From: Candidatus Latescibacterota bacterium
GTDB taxonomy: Bacteria > Latescibacterota > UBA2968 > GCA-2709665
NCBI GenBank assembly: GCA_965203805.1
Contig: OZ241917.1
Coordinates: 1,920,001-1,984,000, forward strand
Length of the DNA: 64,000 nt
Reading direction: 5' to 3'
This document shows positions 46,619 through 56,354 of the stretch, piece after piece (within the stretch, counting starts at the first letter, position 1; the number at the start of each line of letters is the position of its first letter). The translations under genes were made by a program, and so were the position numbers. The notes under the pieces were generated by a model. That model ran no database searches. It was not told the origin of the DNA and was given only the letters and a program-made list of their open reading frames with translations.

Positions 46619-49417
46619 ATGGTGAACGACTGGCTCGAAACCTGGCACGGTGAATTCGATATCCCTGAAATGCAGGACCCGGGCCGCTGGCGCCGATACC
46701 GGTCTCGCGTCCGCCATCCCGCAACCATCTTCTCACCTGCCGATATCTGCCGCGCACGGGAAAACGTCTCCCGGCACCCATGGGCCCGAAAAGCCCTGGA
46801 GACGCTTCTGGAGAGAGTCGACGCTGCCGGGGCGGTTTCCCGGGAGTGGGCGCGGACGTACGTGCCGTCAACGACACCCTATTCACCGCATTTCACCATG
46901 TGTCCGAAGTGCGAATTCGCGCCCATGCACGGCGCATACGACTGGAGTCCGGACGATCCTGCGCACATTCGATGCAAGGGTTGCGGCACCGTGTATCCCA
47001 ACGACGATTTTCCAGAAGACGTAATTTTCGAAAGCCGCTTCGACCCCCGGCAGAAAATCACGCTCTACGGCGGCAAGTCCTGGCAGGCCTACGGATATGC
47101 CGTGATCCACTCCAGCTTTTCCGGCCATGCCCGCATCCACCGGTGCCGGCACGCAGCCAATACCGCCGAAGACCTGGCGCTGGCCTACGCCCTGACGGGA
47201 GAAAGGGAGTACGCAGCGGGCGCCGCTCTTGTCCTGAAGCGGTTTGCGGACGTCCATCCCAAGTATCTTGTACATTCCTCGTACGGCGACATTGCGGATC
47301 TGGATCCGAAGATCGCCGCCACCCGGGTCGACAATCTGCCCGAAGACGAGTGGTGCCCGCCGGGAAACCGGCCGAACCGTAAGCTCCATCCCGGATACTG
47401 GGCCGTACTGCGCTGGGGCTCCTCCGGAGGGATGGAAGGCACCTCCCTCCAAAAACTCATCCTCGCCTACGACCTGGTCGCCGAAACCCTGACAGACGCG
47501 GAAAAACGGCATATCGAGCACGACCTGCTGCTTGACGCGGCCGTGATGCTCTTCTCGGACGACGTCATCAACAACAAGACCGGAATGAACCGATGCGCCG
47601 TGGGCCTGATCGGAATCGTCTGCGGCGATCCGCTGCTGATCCGGTTCGGCCTCGACGGCTTTGTGAGGGCCGTGCGGGACTGGTGGCTGCCCGACGGCGG
47701 AACGCCTGAATCCATCGGTTACGCAGGAATGATGCTCTCCGGCATCTGGCGTCTCGCCGAAGCTCTCAAGCGCTATTCGGATCCGGATGGCGTCGGTTTA
47801 CCTCCGGCGCCGCTGCATCGAGTGGACCTCTACAATTGGCCGCGCTACCGCGCGGTCTGGCAGAACATGGCCCGTCCGCTCCTTCCGGATCTGGATTATC
47901 CGCTGCTGGCCGACAACCGGCTGCCCTGCCACCTCTCCGCTATGTTCGCCGACATCCTCGCGCGCAATTACCCGTCCGAAAACCACCGCATGCTTCAACG
48001 CGATATCGCGAAGACGGACCGCTGCTATGCCGGCCGAATCGCGCAGTTCTGGTACGGCGGCAACCTGGACACGGCCGCCGCCTTCTACCGACAGCCCGTT
48101 TTGGCGTCCGATCAGCCGCCCCGGTTCGCAGACGACCTGGGGCCCCACCTGAACATCGGAACCCAGCGCACGGGGCACAGGGGAAACGGCGCCGCGGTCA
48201 TCCTTTACGGCGCAGACTTCAAAGGGCACCATCATCACGACCATCTCAATCTCTACTACTGGAAAGACCGGCGTGAACTGCTCACCGATCTCGGCTATCT
48301 GTGGGACATGGAGGAACTCCGCTACGGCGTCATTCGCACCTTCGCACACAATCTGGTCGTCGTGGACGGCGAAGAACAGATGGCGCGCGGCCGCCGGGCG
48401 ACCTTTCACCTTTTTTCGGCATGTCCGCGGGCGAGGGTGATGGAGGCTTCGTCAAACGTCTACCCGGGCACCTCGATCTACCGGCGGACCATCGCCACCG
48501 TCGGCAGCGGTCCGGACGAATACATCGTGGATATCTTTCGCGTCAGGGGAGGCGAAAGACACGATTGGGTCATGCACGGACCGGTCCGGTCCATCGCGCT
48601 TTCCGGCATACAGACCCGGCCGGCAGACGAGGAAATATACGATCTCACGCGGGTCCGTGCGGGCCGATCCGTTTCCCCCTGGTCGGCCGCGTGGACGCCC
48701 GGCGGCGGGAAGCCATTCCGTGCGCACATCCCGGCGCACGAAACCGAACAGGTCTATATCGGACAGGGATTCGGTCAGCGCAAAGCCCGCGACAGGGGCG
48801 CCACCGTACCGTACATCGTGCGGCGTCGAGTCATCGGCGACAGCGCCTTCGTTACGGTATATGCCGATGGTGAAGCCGTCACATCCGTGCGCATCCTCTA
48901 CCTGAACCCGGCCACCATGGCGACCGTCGTCGAGGTCGCAAAGAACACGGGGAGGGATCTGCTGATCAGTGCAGGAGACGGGCAGACCCCCGAAACCGTC
49001 GAGCGGCAGGATCCTGCCCTGCGTTTCAACGGCCGATTCGGTTTCATTTCAGCCGGAGACGCCTGGCTGGTGGGAGGCACCTGTCTGCAACACGGCGAAA
49101 TCACCCTCGGGAGCGATTTCGCGGCGCAGTCGGGCCCCGTCCTGGAGACCCGTGTTACCGAAAGGGAATCCGGTCTGGTGACCACCGGGGACGCGAACGG
49201 GTTGCGCCAATTGGAGGGCAGTCACATCTTCGTGACCGACAGCCGGCGGATGGTTCGCGCTTACCCCGTTCTCGGGGTCGGCGAGTCCCGGGGTCATCCC
49301 ATGCTGGTCACCCGACGCGGCGACAGGGGCTACGATATCCGCTCCGGCGTGACATGGACGGCCTGGACGGAGACGTTCCGGACATTGAGAAGGACCGCGG
49401 AAACCTGTCTGAGGTGA
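46619..49417 (+). CDS. Heparinase II/III-like protein with CxxC..CxxC insert
   Basis: GHHHHDHLNL..LLTDLGY..AHNLVVVDG, DGGTPESIGY and YIVDIFRVRGG motifs; CPKC..CKGC. Confidence 0.82.
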   Translation: MVNDWLETWHGEFDIPEMQDPGRWRRYRSRVRHPATIFSPADICRARENVSRHPWARKALETLLERVDAAGAVSREWARTYVPSTTPYSPHFTMCPKCEFAPMHGAYDWSPDDPAHIRCKGCGTVYPNDDFPEDVIFESRFDPRQKITLYGGKSWQAYGYAVIHSSFSGHARIHRCRHAANTAEDLALAYALTGEREYAAGAALVLKRFADVHPKYLVHSSYGDIADLDPKIAATRVDNLPEDEWCPPGNRPNRKLHPGYWAVLRWGSSGGMEGTSLQKLILAYDLVAETLTDAEKRHIEHDLLLDAAVMLFSDDVINNKTGMNRCAVGLIGIVCGDPLLIRFGLDGFVRAVRDWWLPDGGTPESIGYAGMMLSGIWRLAEALKRYSDPDGVGLPPAPLHRVDLYNWPRYRAVWQNMARPLLPDLDYPLLADNRLPCHLSAMFADILARNYPSENHRMLQRDIAKTDRCYAGRIAQFWYGGNLDTAAAFYRQPVLASDQPPRFADDLGPHLNIGTQRTGHRGNGAAVILYGADFKGHHHHDHLNLYYWKDRRELLTDLGYLWDMEELRYGVIRTFAHNLVVVDGEEQMARGRRATFHLFSACPRARVMEASSNVYPGTSIYRRTIATVGSGPDEYIVDIFRVRGGERHDWVMHGPVRSIALSGIQTRPADEEIYDLTRVRAGRSVSPWSAAWTPGGGKPFRAHIPAHETEQVYIGQGFGQRKARDRGATVPYIVRRRVIGDSAFVTVYADGEAVTSVRILYLNPATMATVVEVAKNTGRDLLISAGDGQTPETVERQDPALRFNGRFGFISAGDAWLVGGTCLQHGEITLGSDFAAQSGPVLETRVTERESGLVTTGDANGLRQLEGSHIFVTDSRRMVRAYPVLGVGESRGHPMLVTRRGDRGYDIRSGVTWTAWTETFRTLRRTAETCLR

Positions 49418-49525
49418 GACATCGCTCGCTGCGACCTTCCGTATAGCGGAACTTCGAACGGTCCGGAGCGTTTCAGAGTTATCCCTCCTTTGCGTTCCTC
49501 AAATTTTCCGCAGGGGGCCTCGCCA

Positions 49526-49942
49526 ATGACCGGCATTTCACTTCGCGCGCTTTCGGTTGTTGTCTTTCTGCATGTTTTCTCGGAACCGACGTCCGGAGGT
49601 CCGCCCGCGTCCACCGATTCGCTGAGAGCCAGACCACCGAAACCCTCGTACGGACTACCCGGTCTGAAAAACCTGAACGGCCTGCGCCAGAGGCTTAATC
49701 GAAAACGGATGACCGCGAAAGAAGACGCGATAATCGCACTCATGCTTCAGAACCCGGCGGTCCGGCGATCGCCGCTGGATAACATGCCCCTCGTGAACCC
49801 CGGCGCCGGGCTCGCGTACGGCATGCCCATTATGAGACCGAACCCTCTCATAGACTACAAGATGCTCTTCCCTGGAACGCCGTCCGTCCCGGACACCAGG
49901 GCGCCGGTCCCGCCCGGGACCTGGCGATTCAAACGAAAGTGA
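49526..49942 (+). CDS. Small exported Pro-rich hypothetical protein
   Basis: N-terminal hydrophobic signal-like segment; followed by a terminator; DNMPLVNP / GMPIMRP repeat. Confidence 0.55.
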   Translation: MTGISLRALSVVVFLHVFSEPTSGGPPASTDSLRARPPKPSYGLPGLKNLNGLRQRLNRKRMTAKEDAIIALMLQNPAVRRSPLDNMPLVNPGAGLAYGMPIMRPNPLIDYKMLFPGTPSVPDTRAPVPPGTWRFKRK

Positions 49943-49961
49943 CGCGTCGGGATCCAGAATA

Positions 49962-49989
49962 GGCTCCGGGTTTTTCCGGAGCCCTTTTT
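49962..49989 (+). terminator. Intrinsic terminator
   Basis: GGCTCCGG-GTTTTT-CCGGAGCC-CTTTTT. Confidence 0.75.
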
Positions 49990-50046
49990 GCCGTCCGATT
50001 CATTCGCTTACCGGGCTGGATCGACCCGGAACGACCGTGGATCGCG

Positions 50047-51276
50047 TTACGCCATGGCAAGCGCAGTTTCGATCAGTCGCTTTCCGGCCTCCCACGTCAT
50101 CGGCGCCGGCAGATCGGAATTGAACATAAAGGCGGACCGGACCTCGTACCCTCCCGTGTCCCATGCATCTCTCGACGGGAAATAGCCGGCATGCCCGTTC
50201 GCCTGATTCACGATCAACAATCGATCGTCAGGCCATCGACGCCGCAGCGCAAGTCCCCACGAACCGAACAGCTGTCCCGGAAAACACGCCAGAAATACAT
50301 CCCCGATGCGAAATCCCTGCACCTCCAGCCGTACCGAGGTGAGGACGGCCTCACCTGCCGCGCGCATCGACAATTGGTCCCGCGCCCAGCCCGCCTGGTA
50401 AGATCCGGGTCCGGAACCCGCCGCCTGTTCCTTCAAGTCGTCTTCGGTCGGGATGGCATCGAGCGGGCAGGTACAATAAAGCCGTTGCGAGGCGAGTCCG
50501 TAAACACGTTCTTGCGACAGGTTGCGGGTCATTTCCAGCACCCGACCCGCAAGCCCTCGCCCGACTTTCCTCACCTCCTCGAAGTTCTGCTCGGGACGGT
50601 ACGGCCCGACATCGCCCAGGCAACCGTTGAAGAAAGCGGTAGTGCCGCCGCAGGTTGCTTCCAGTTCATTGCAGACCACTCCCGGAAAATCCGGAGACCA
50701 GGAGAGATTCGTCCCCGTCAGAATTGTTGGATGGCAGCCATAGTTCACCCACGCGGCCACGACGCGTCCGTCCGTTCCCGCAAAGCGCACCAGCCCAAGC
50801 GTAGAATCGATCGGTTGATCGTCCTTGCGGCGATTGTGGTGAAACACCGGTACCCGCATGTGCCCGAAACCGACCGTGACCGGCTCCAGGCAATGCGACG
50901 CCCTGACCACCGTGTCGACGATCCGTTCCGTCAGGTCCGACATGTACGTGGGATCGGGTACATCGTCGCGAAACCGGGTGGTAACCGGTCCCGAGTGGGT
51001 GTGGGTCGTTGCAATGAGAATACCGTCGTGCGCGATTCCCGTCCGCGCCTGGATCGCCGTACGGATCGCGTCCGTGGTGTGGCCGCTGAATCCGACCACG
51101 TCCACCACGACAAGCGCCACCCGCATCGATCCCTGTTCGCACACAAAGGCCCTCGACCACAGCGGCATATGCGTACCGGTGGCAGGGCTCTTGCGACCCG
51201 CGTATCCGGCCATCGACAGGCCGATTGGCGGCGTCACGTCAACTTTCGCGGCGCCCATCGTCAGGTTGTCCGGCAT
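50047..51276 (-). CDS. Neutral/alkaline ceramidase-like amidohydrolase
   Basis: VDVTPPIGLSMAGY, THTHSGP, NYGCHP, SPDFPG and GYFP..GGYE motifs. Confidence 0.85.
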   Translation of the reverse strand: MPDNLTMGAAKVDVTPPIGLSMAGYAGRKSPATGTHMPLWSRAFVCEQGSMRVALVVVDVVGFSGHTTDAIRTAIQARTGIAHDGILIATTHTHSGPVTTRFRDDVPDPTYMSDLTERIVDTVVRASHCLEPVTVGFGHMRVPVFHHNRRKDDQPIDSTLGLVRFAGTDGRVVAAWVNYGCHPTILTGTNLSWSPDFPGVVCNELEATCGGTTAFFNGCLGDVGPYRPEQNFEEVRKVGRGLAGRVLEMTRNLSQERVYGLASQRLYCTCPLDAIPTEDDLKEQAAGSGPGSYQAGWARDQLSMRAAGEAVLTSVRLEVQGFRIGDVFLACFPGQLFGSWGLALRRRWPDDRLLIVNQANGHAGYFPSRDAWDTGGYEVRSAFMFNSDLPAPMTWEAGKRLIETALAMA

Positions 51277-51331
51277 CCTGTCCTCCGTGAATCGCTTTGC
51301 CTCAGGTGCTGCCTTCTACCGAGAATTACGC

Positions 51332-51360
51332 TTGACACGCAACCGCCGCTTTCTTATGTT
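51332..51360 (+). promoter_or_regulatory. sigma70 promoter of tRNA-Thr
   Basis: TTGACA-17 nt-TATGTT, about 47 nt upstream of the tRNA. Confidence 0.7.
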
Positions 51361-51407
51361 ATAGGTTTCGCGTTCTGAATGATAATAAGCTGTTTTTCAT
51401 TGCTTTA

Positions 51408-51483
<76 letters not shown>

Positions 51484-51493
51484 GATAAACGAG

Positions 51494-51526
51494 AGGGCCT
51501 GTGTGCTGGATACACAAGCCCTTTTT
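51494..51526 (+). terminator. Terminator after tRNA-Thr
   Basis: AGGGCCTGTGT-N7-ACACAAGCCCT-TTTT. Confidence 0.6.
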
Positions 51527-51563
51527 CGTTGCCGGAGGCAATTGCCAGGGGGATCTCGTCGGA

Positions 51564-52232
51564 TCACACGACAATCGTCTCCCGCTGGTTTTCCTTCCAG
51601 ACGTTCCAGTCGCTCAGAAAGCGCTCCAGACCGTCGTCCGTCAGTGGATGCGCCAGCAGCTTTTTCAACACGTCAGGCGGCAATGTGGAGACATCCGCCC
51701 CGGCCCTGGCGGCATCAATGACATGCAGGGGGTGCCGCAAGCTGGCCGCAAGGACCTCGGTGCGGAATCCATAGTTGTCGTAAATCTGTCGTATGGTTGT
51801 GATTAACTCCATGCCGACCTGTCCGATATCGTCCAGGCGTCCGAGAAAAGGGCTGATGTAGGACGCTCCGGCCTTCGCGGCCAGAAGCGCCTGATTCGCG
51901 GAAAAGCAGAGCGTAACGTTGGTTCTGATCGCTTCATCGCTGCAGGCCTTGATCGCCTTCAGGCCGTCCAGCGTTATTGGGACCTTGACCACCACATTGT
52001 CGTGGATGCTCGAAAGATGGCGCGCTTCCTGGAGCATCAGTCTCCACTCGGTACTCACGACCTCGGCGCTGACCGGCCCGTCCACCACCTCGCAAATTTC
52101 AAGTATGATTTGCTCAAACGCGCCTTCTTCCTTTGAAATATGCGTCGGATTGGTTGTCACACCATCCAGCACCCCCATCTCGTTGGCCTCACGTATCTCG
52201 TCCAGATTGGCCGTGTCGATAAAAAACTTCAT
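51564..52232 (-). CDS. tal: Transaldolase (MipB/TalC small type; often annotated fsa)
   Basis: FFIDTAN, GVTTNP and Schiff-base VVKVP motifs. Glu in SAEV and Phe in SPFLGR are the transaldolase (not FSA) residues. Confidence 0.9.
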   Translation of the reverse strand: MKFFIDTANLDEIREANEMGVLDGVTTNPTHISKEEGAFEQIILEICEVVDGPVSAEVVSTEWRLMLQEARHLSSIHDNVVVKVPITLDGLKAIKACSDEAIRTNVTLCFSANQALLAAKAGASYISPFLGRLDDIGQVGMELITTIRQIYDNYGFRTEVLAASLRHPLHVIDAARAGADVSTLPPDVLKKLLAHPLTDDGLERFLSDWNVWKENQRETIVV

Positions 52233-52535
52233 CGCTCGCCCTCCTGCGGTATGGTTGTCGAGGGAGACTAACTTTGATTCGTCATTTTTCGGTGACGTTA
52301 AACCGAATATACGCAAGTTGATAAAGGCGATTTAACGTGGGATTTCCAGGATATTTCAGGTCTCTGTACGTGAACACAAAAAGTGTCCCTTTCGACGACG
52401 TCTTCGGCCCAGTCTGGAAGGATTGTCGCGTCGCTGCTATTGTCGAACCAAGGCCAAATCTGTCGTCGAATCGGTGAATCGTCTGGTGATTGGCTGGAAA
52501 GGCCGTCAATGTACGAGGTTTCGGGTCTCAGGGAC

Positions 52536-53579
52536 TCAAAATGCCCTATCTACCAGAAAACTGCACATCTCGCGCATCGTTTCCCTGGCCTCGGAAGGAG
52601 GAATCTCGTTCAGATGCGCTTCTGCGGCCGCCGCCCATTCACGGCAGGCGTCTTCGGCGCGTTCAATGGAACCGTAGTGGTTCATCAGCGAAATCGTCCG
52701 CTCGACCTCATCGATCTGCGTCTCGGATCGGTCCCGATTCAGAATGTCCCGCACCCACGCCTGTTCATCCGGGGAACATCTGTGAAAGAGGTCGATCACC
52801 ATCAGTGTCCGCTTGCCTTCGGCGATGTCTCCGCCGCGTTCCTTGCCGTATCCGCCCGAAGTCGTCGCGGGGGCCTGGTGTGCATCTTCGGCCCGCACGG
52901 TCAGATTCAGCAGATCGTCTTTAATCTGAAACGCCACTGCCATTCGCTCGCCGAACGCGCCCACGGCCCGCTGCAGATCGGGAGATGCGCCGGCGACGAT
53001 GGCGCCGGCCGTACACGGCCCCCTCCCGCTGTACCAGCCCGTTTTCAGACGCAGCATTTCCAGAAAATTCTCAACTCCGGGGATCTCGCCCGACTCGATC
53101 CATCCGATATCGTACGCCTGTCCTTCGAATGTACGCTGGGCTCCGTGAAGCATCTCCTGAATCAGGTCAAGCGCCACCGCGTCACCGAGGATCTCCCGGT
53201 TGGTGGCGAGTATCTCGAACACCTTCGAATGCAACGCGTCGCCCGCATTGACGCTCAACGGCACGCCGTGGAGATGGTGAAGACACGGTTTGCCTCTGCG
53301 CATTTCAGAACCGTCTTCGATGTCGTCATGAACCAGTGCGAAAGACTGGAACATCTCAAACGCCGCGGCCGTCCGCAATGCCCTGTGAACGTCACCTCCC
53401 AGACCCTCACACGCCAGCAGCACGAGCACCGACCGAAATCGCTTCCCGCCCCGAATCGGATAGTCCCGCATCGGTTCGTACAGATAGGCGAACGGCTCGG
53501 CCTGAGGCAGGAACTTGAAGAGTTCCGCGTCGATGAGAGGCACAAAGGACTCTAGGTAGCTCTTCAGGCGGTCGTTCAC
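52536..53579 (-). CDS. Polyprenyl (likely GGPP) synthase
   Basis: GGKRFR, FARM SFALVHDDIED..RRG, VNAGD, EGQAYD, KT, FQIKDD and DIAEGKRT motifs. Confidence 0.92.
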   Translation of the reverse strand: MNDRLKSYLESFVPLIDAELFKFLPQAEPFAYLYEPMRDYPIRGGKRFRSVLVLLACEGLGGDVHRALRTAAAFEMFQSFALVHDDIEDGSEMRRGKPCLHHLHGVPLSVNAGDALHSKVFEILATNREILGDAVALDLIQEMLHGAQRTFEGQAYDIGWIESGEIPGVENFLEMLRLKTGWYSGRGPCTAGAIVAGASPDLQRAVGAFGERMAVAFQIKDDLLNLTVRAEDAHQAPATTSGGYGKERGGDIAEGKRTLMVIDLFHRCSPDEQAWVRDILNRDRSETQIDEVERTISLMNHYGSIERAEDACREWAAAAEAHLNEIPPSEARETMREMCSFLVDRAF

Positions 53580-53621
53580 CTGCCGCTTCCTCGTGCGCTA
53601 CCCCGTGGTGTCGATAGCATG

Positions 53622-53849
53622 TCAACCTCGGGCGGCCGATCCGCGTGGGACAACGCCGCTTGCGTACGTAATGCCTTGAACGGCAATTTCAGACGTCCTG
53701 GAGACGGACCTGATGCCAGAAAGCACCGGTTCGGGATAATTCGTTGCGAAGGAGTATTGCCAGGGAAGGAGGAGGTCGGGGAAGAATGTGTAAGAAAATA
53801 TAGCGACAAGCACGAATGCGGTCAACTGTTTTTGCATTCGATGGCGCAC
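53622..53849 (-). CDS. Small hypothetical membrane protein
   Basis: Fills the gap between two co-oriented genes; one hydrophobic N-terminal helix; no recognisable motif. Confidence 0.35.
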   Translation of the reverse strand: MRHRMQKQLTAFVLVAIFSYTFFPDLLLPWQYSFATNYPEPVLSGIRSVSRTSEIAVQGITYASGVVPRGSAARG

Positions 53850-53854
53850 CGTCG

Positions 53855-54790
53855 TTACCAGCGATAGGCATCGAAGACGATTCTCAAATCCCGTCTCGCC
53901 TTCAGATAGTCCGAGTACGGCTTCCGGCTCCGGTCATCCACGCATCGCAGAAAGTCCCGGGTCATCTCCCGATATCCCATCAGATCCGATATCCCGGGTA
54001 CGTAGAGCCGGCGACCATCATGAGTCTTTTGAAGGACATACAGGCCATTGCTCTCAAAGATGATCTGTCCGTGTGTACCATTAATGCGGGAATGCTGAAA
54101 GGTGCCCTTCGTGCGGCTCTTTGTGTTCCAGGAATACGATATTTCAGCCTTTACGTCGCCGGGATAGGTCAATTCGGTTACCGATGACCGTTCCGGTTCT
54201 CCCTTTCGGCGTCCGGGAAAGCGCCCGACGACGCGTACCGGCGCACACTCGAACATCGCGGAAATAAACGCGACAAAGTGGATACCGCCTTCGAGCAACG
54301 CACCGTACTGTCGTCTCCAGCCCGATGTCGCCTGCGTGAACAGCTTTTTCACCTGTACCGATCTGATGTCTCCGATCCGGCGCTGCCCGGTCAGGGCCTT
54401 GATCCTCCTGAGCAATGGCTTGTAATAGTAGTTTTCGGCCACCATCAGCAGCGCGTCCGGATGCATCGCCAGTGCTGCGCCGACTTCATCAACCTCCGCC
54501 GGAGAAACGCACATGGGCTTTTCAACCATCACTGCCTTTCCCGCTGACAGAGCGCGGATCACCTGATCCTTGTGGTATGCGGGAGGGGATGTGATCACCA
54601 CCGCGTCGAGGCCGGGCGATGCCAGCGCCTCCTCCAGGCGACTGAAGATGCCGCTGCCGCGAAAGTCGATATTGAAACGGCGTGCACCATCTTCGGAACG
54701 GCTGCAGAAATACAGCTCGGCGACGCCCGCCAGATTCTTCGCGTGCAGCCGGGCAATGGTCCCGCAGCCCACCAGACAGATTTTCTTCAT
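53855..54790 (-). CDS. Gfo/Idh/MocA family oxidoreductase
   Basis: LVGCGTIA, VEKP, VAENY and GALLEGGIHF motifs. Confidence 0.9.
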   Translation of the reverse strand: MKKICLVGCGTIARLHAKNLAGVAELYFCSRSEDGARRFNIDFRGSGIFSRLEEALASPGLDAVVITSPPAYHKDQVIRALSAGKAVMVEKPMCVSPAEVDEVGAALAMHPDALLMVAENYYYKPLLRRIKALTGQRRIGDIRSVQVKKLFTQATSGWRRQYGALLEGGIHFVAFISAMFECAPVRVVGRFPGRRKGEPERSSVTELTYPGDVKAEISYSWNTKSRTKGTFQHSRINGTHGQIIFESNGLYVLQKTHDGRRLYVPGISDLMGYREMTRDFLRCVDDRSRKPYSDYLKARRDLRIVFDAYRW

Positions 54791-54857
54791 ATTCCGGATT
54801 CCAGGGTCGGGGCGCCAACGCATAATGAACCGAATCCGGCCGGCCGGAAGCAGCACA

Positions 54858-56354
54858 CTAGCCAAATTCCGCGTGAATGACGTCCGCGACCCTCAGCGCG
54901 TTGGCTGCGATGGTAAGGCTCGGATTCACCCCTCCCGACGTGGGCATGAAACTGCCGTCGAGGACAAACAGATTGTCGATACCGCGAAACCTGCAGAATT
55001 CATCGAGAACGCTGTCTTCGGTGCGGCTACCGAAACGCAACGACCCCACCGCGTGAGAGAACGTCTCCAGTTTGTAGACGCGACGAAACAGGCCTCCCGC
55101 CTGCTTCAAGATGCGTCCGGCCCTGTCTGTCAGATATTTCCTGCGCAGGCGGTCTCCGTCCGAATATCGATGTACGACACCCGTGACCGAAATTCCGTAG
55201 TCGTCCCGACGGGCGGTCAGATGCACGCGATTGTCATATTGCGGCTCATCTTCCGCGATGCAAAGCAGATTCTGTACGTACTGTGCCACGAATGCGGACA
55301 GATTTCCGTATCCGATGGGCGCGTAATGCTTCAGGACCTCAGGCGCGGGCGTGTAGATGTCCTGAATCGTACCCACCGACGTGCCCGATCGCTGCCTCAT
55401 GTCTTCGTAGAAGTCCGTAAAGCACAACTGTTTGTGAAATGTACGGTCGGGATTGGTCCTGAATGGAAAGAGACCGGTGACGACTGCATTGCAATGCCGC
55501 ATCAGAAATCGCCCCACCAGCCTGTGGTTGCCGAATCGCTCCAGGCCGGAACGCAAGAGAATCGCCGGGCTCTGCAGGGCGCCTGCGCTGAGAATCACGA
55601 TCTTTGCGTTGAAATTCACCGCGCGTCCTGACGTCCCGTCGAGACATCTGACCCGTACCACCCTTCCGTTCCGGGCCTCCAGCTGCAGTACGATCATCCC
55701 GGGCATGACAGTCAGGTCGAATGCCTGGGCTTTTGCCAGAAGCGTCATGGCCACGTCGTTTTTGGCTTCGATGCGGCACGGAAATCCATCGCAGGTCGAA
55801 CATCTGATGCACAGCGGCCGCTCGTTGTTCGTGAAATTGAGTGCGAGCGGTATCCTGAAGGGACGGTGGCCGAGCGCATTCCCGGCTTTGCGTATCCGCT
55901 TCGCCGGAGCCGTGAGTTCTATTTCGCCGAATCGGTAGTCCCCGGACCTCGGCGGTTCATGCATATCCGCCCCCGCCAGACCATGTACCTCCAGCAAATG
56001 CTCGGCCTGCGTATAGTACGGCTCCATTGAGGCGTAATCGATCGGCCAACTCGAGAAATCCTTCTCACGCAACCGAAGCGACGCCCCACCGTAAAATACC
56101 GACATGCCGCCGACCGCTTCATTCGGATAGACGGATTGACGGTCTCCGTCAGCTTCTACCTGTACCGGTGAGCGGCTTCGGTACCGTTGATCGATGAGGA
56201 TCCCGCGCGGGCTCCAGTCCAGAGCATCCCGCTTTACCCACCCGCCGCGTTCCAGGAGCAGCGTCCGGAAACCCGCCCGGCTGAGCGCATAGGCCGCGGC
56301 GCCGCCGCCAAGACCCGACCCGATCACGATGGCTTCATAGGGTCGTGAGTTCAT
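54858..56354 (-). CDS. GMC family FAD oxidoreductase
   Basis: IGSGLGG, LLERG, VGGMSVFYG, CIRCSTCDGFPC Fe-S-like motif, SHAVGS and GGVNPSLTIAA. Confidence 0.92.
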   Translation of the reverse strand: MNSRPYEAIVIGSGLGGGAAAYALSRAGFRTLLLERGGWVKRDALDWSPRGILIDQRYRSRSPVQVEADGDRQSVYPNEAVGGMSVFYGGASLRLREKDFSSWPIDYASMEPYYTQAEHLLEVHGLAGADMHEPPRSGDYRFGEIELTAPAKRIRKAGNALGHRPFRIPLALNFTNNERPLCIRCSTCDGFPCRIEAKNDVAMTLLAKAQAFDLTVMPGMIVLQLEARNGRVVRVRCLDGTSGRAVNFNAKIVILSAGALQSPAILLRSGLERFGNHRLVGRFLMRHCNAVVTGLFPFRTNPDRTFHKQLCFTDFYEDMRQRSGTSVGTIQDIYTPAPEVLKHYAPIGYGNLSAFVAQYVQNLLCIAEDEPQYDNRVHLTARRDDYGISVTGVVHRYSDGDRLRRKYLTDRAGRILKQAGGLFRRVYKLETFSHAVGSLRFGSRTEDSVLDEFCRFRGIDNLFVLDGSFMPTSGGVNPSLTIAANALRVADVIHAEFG

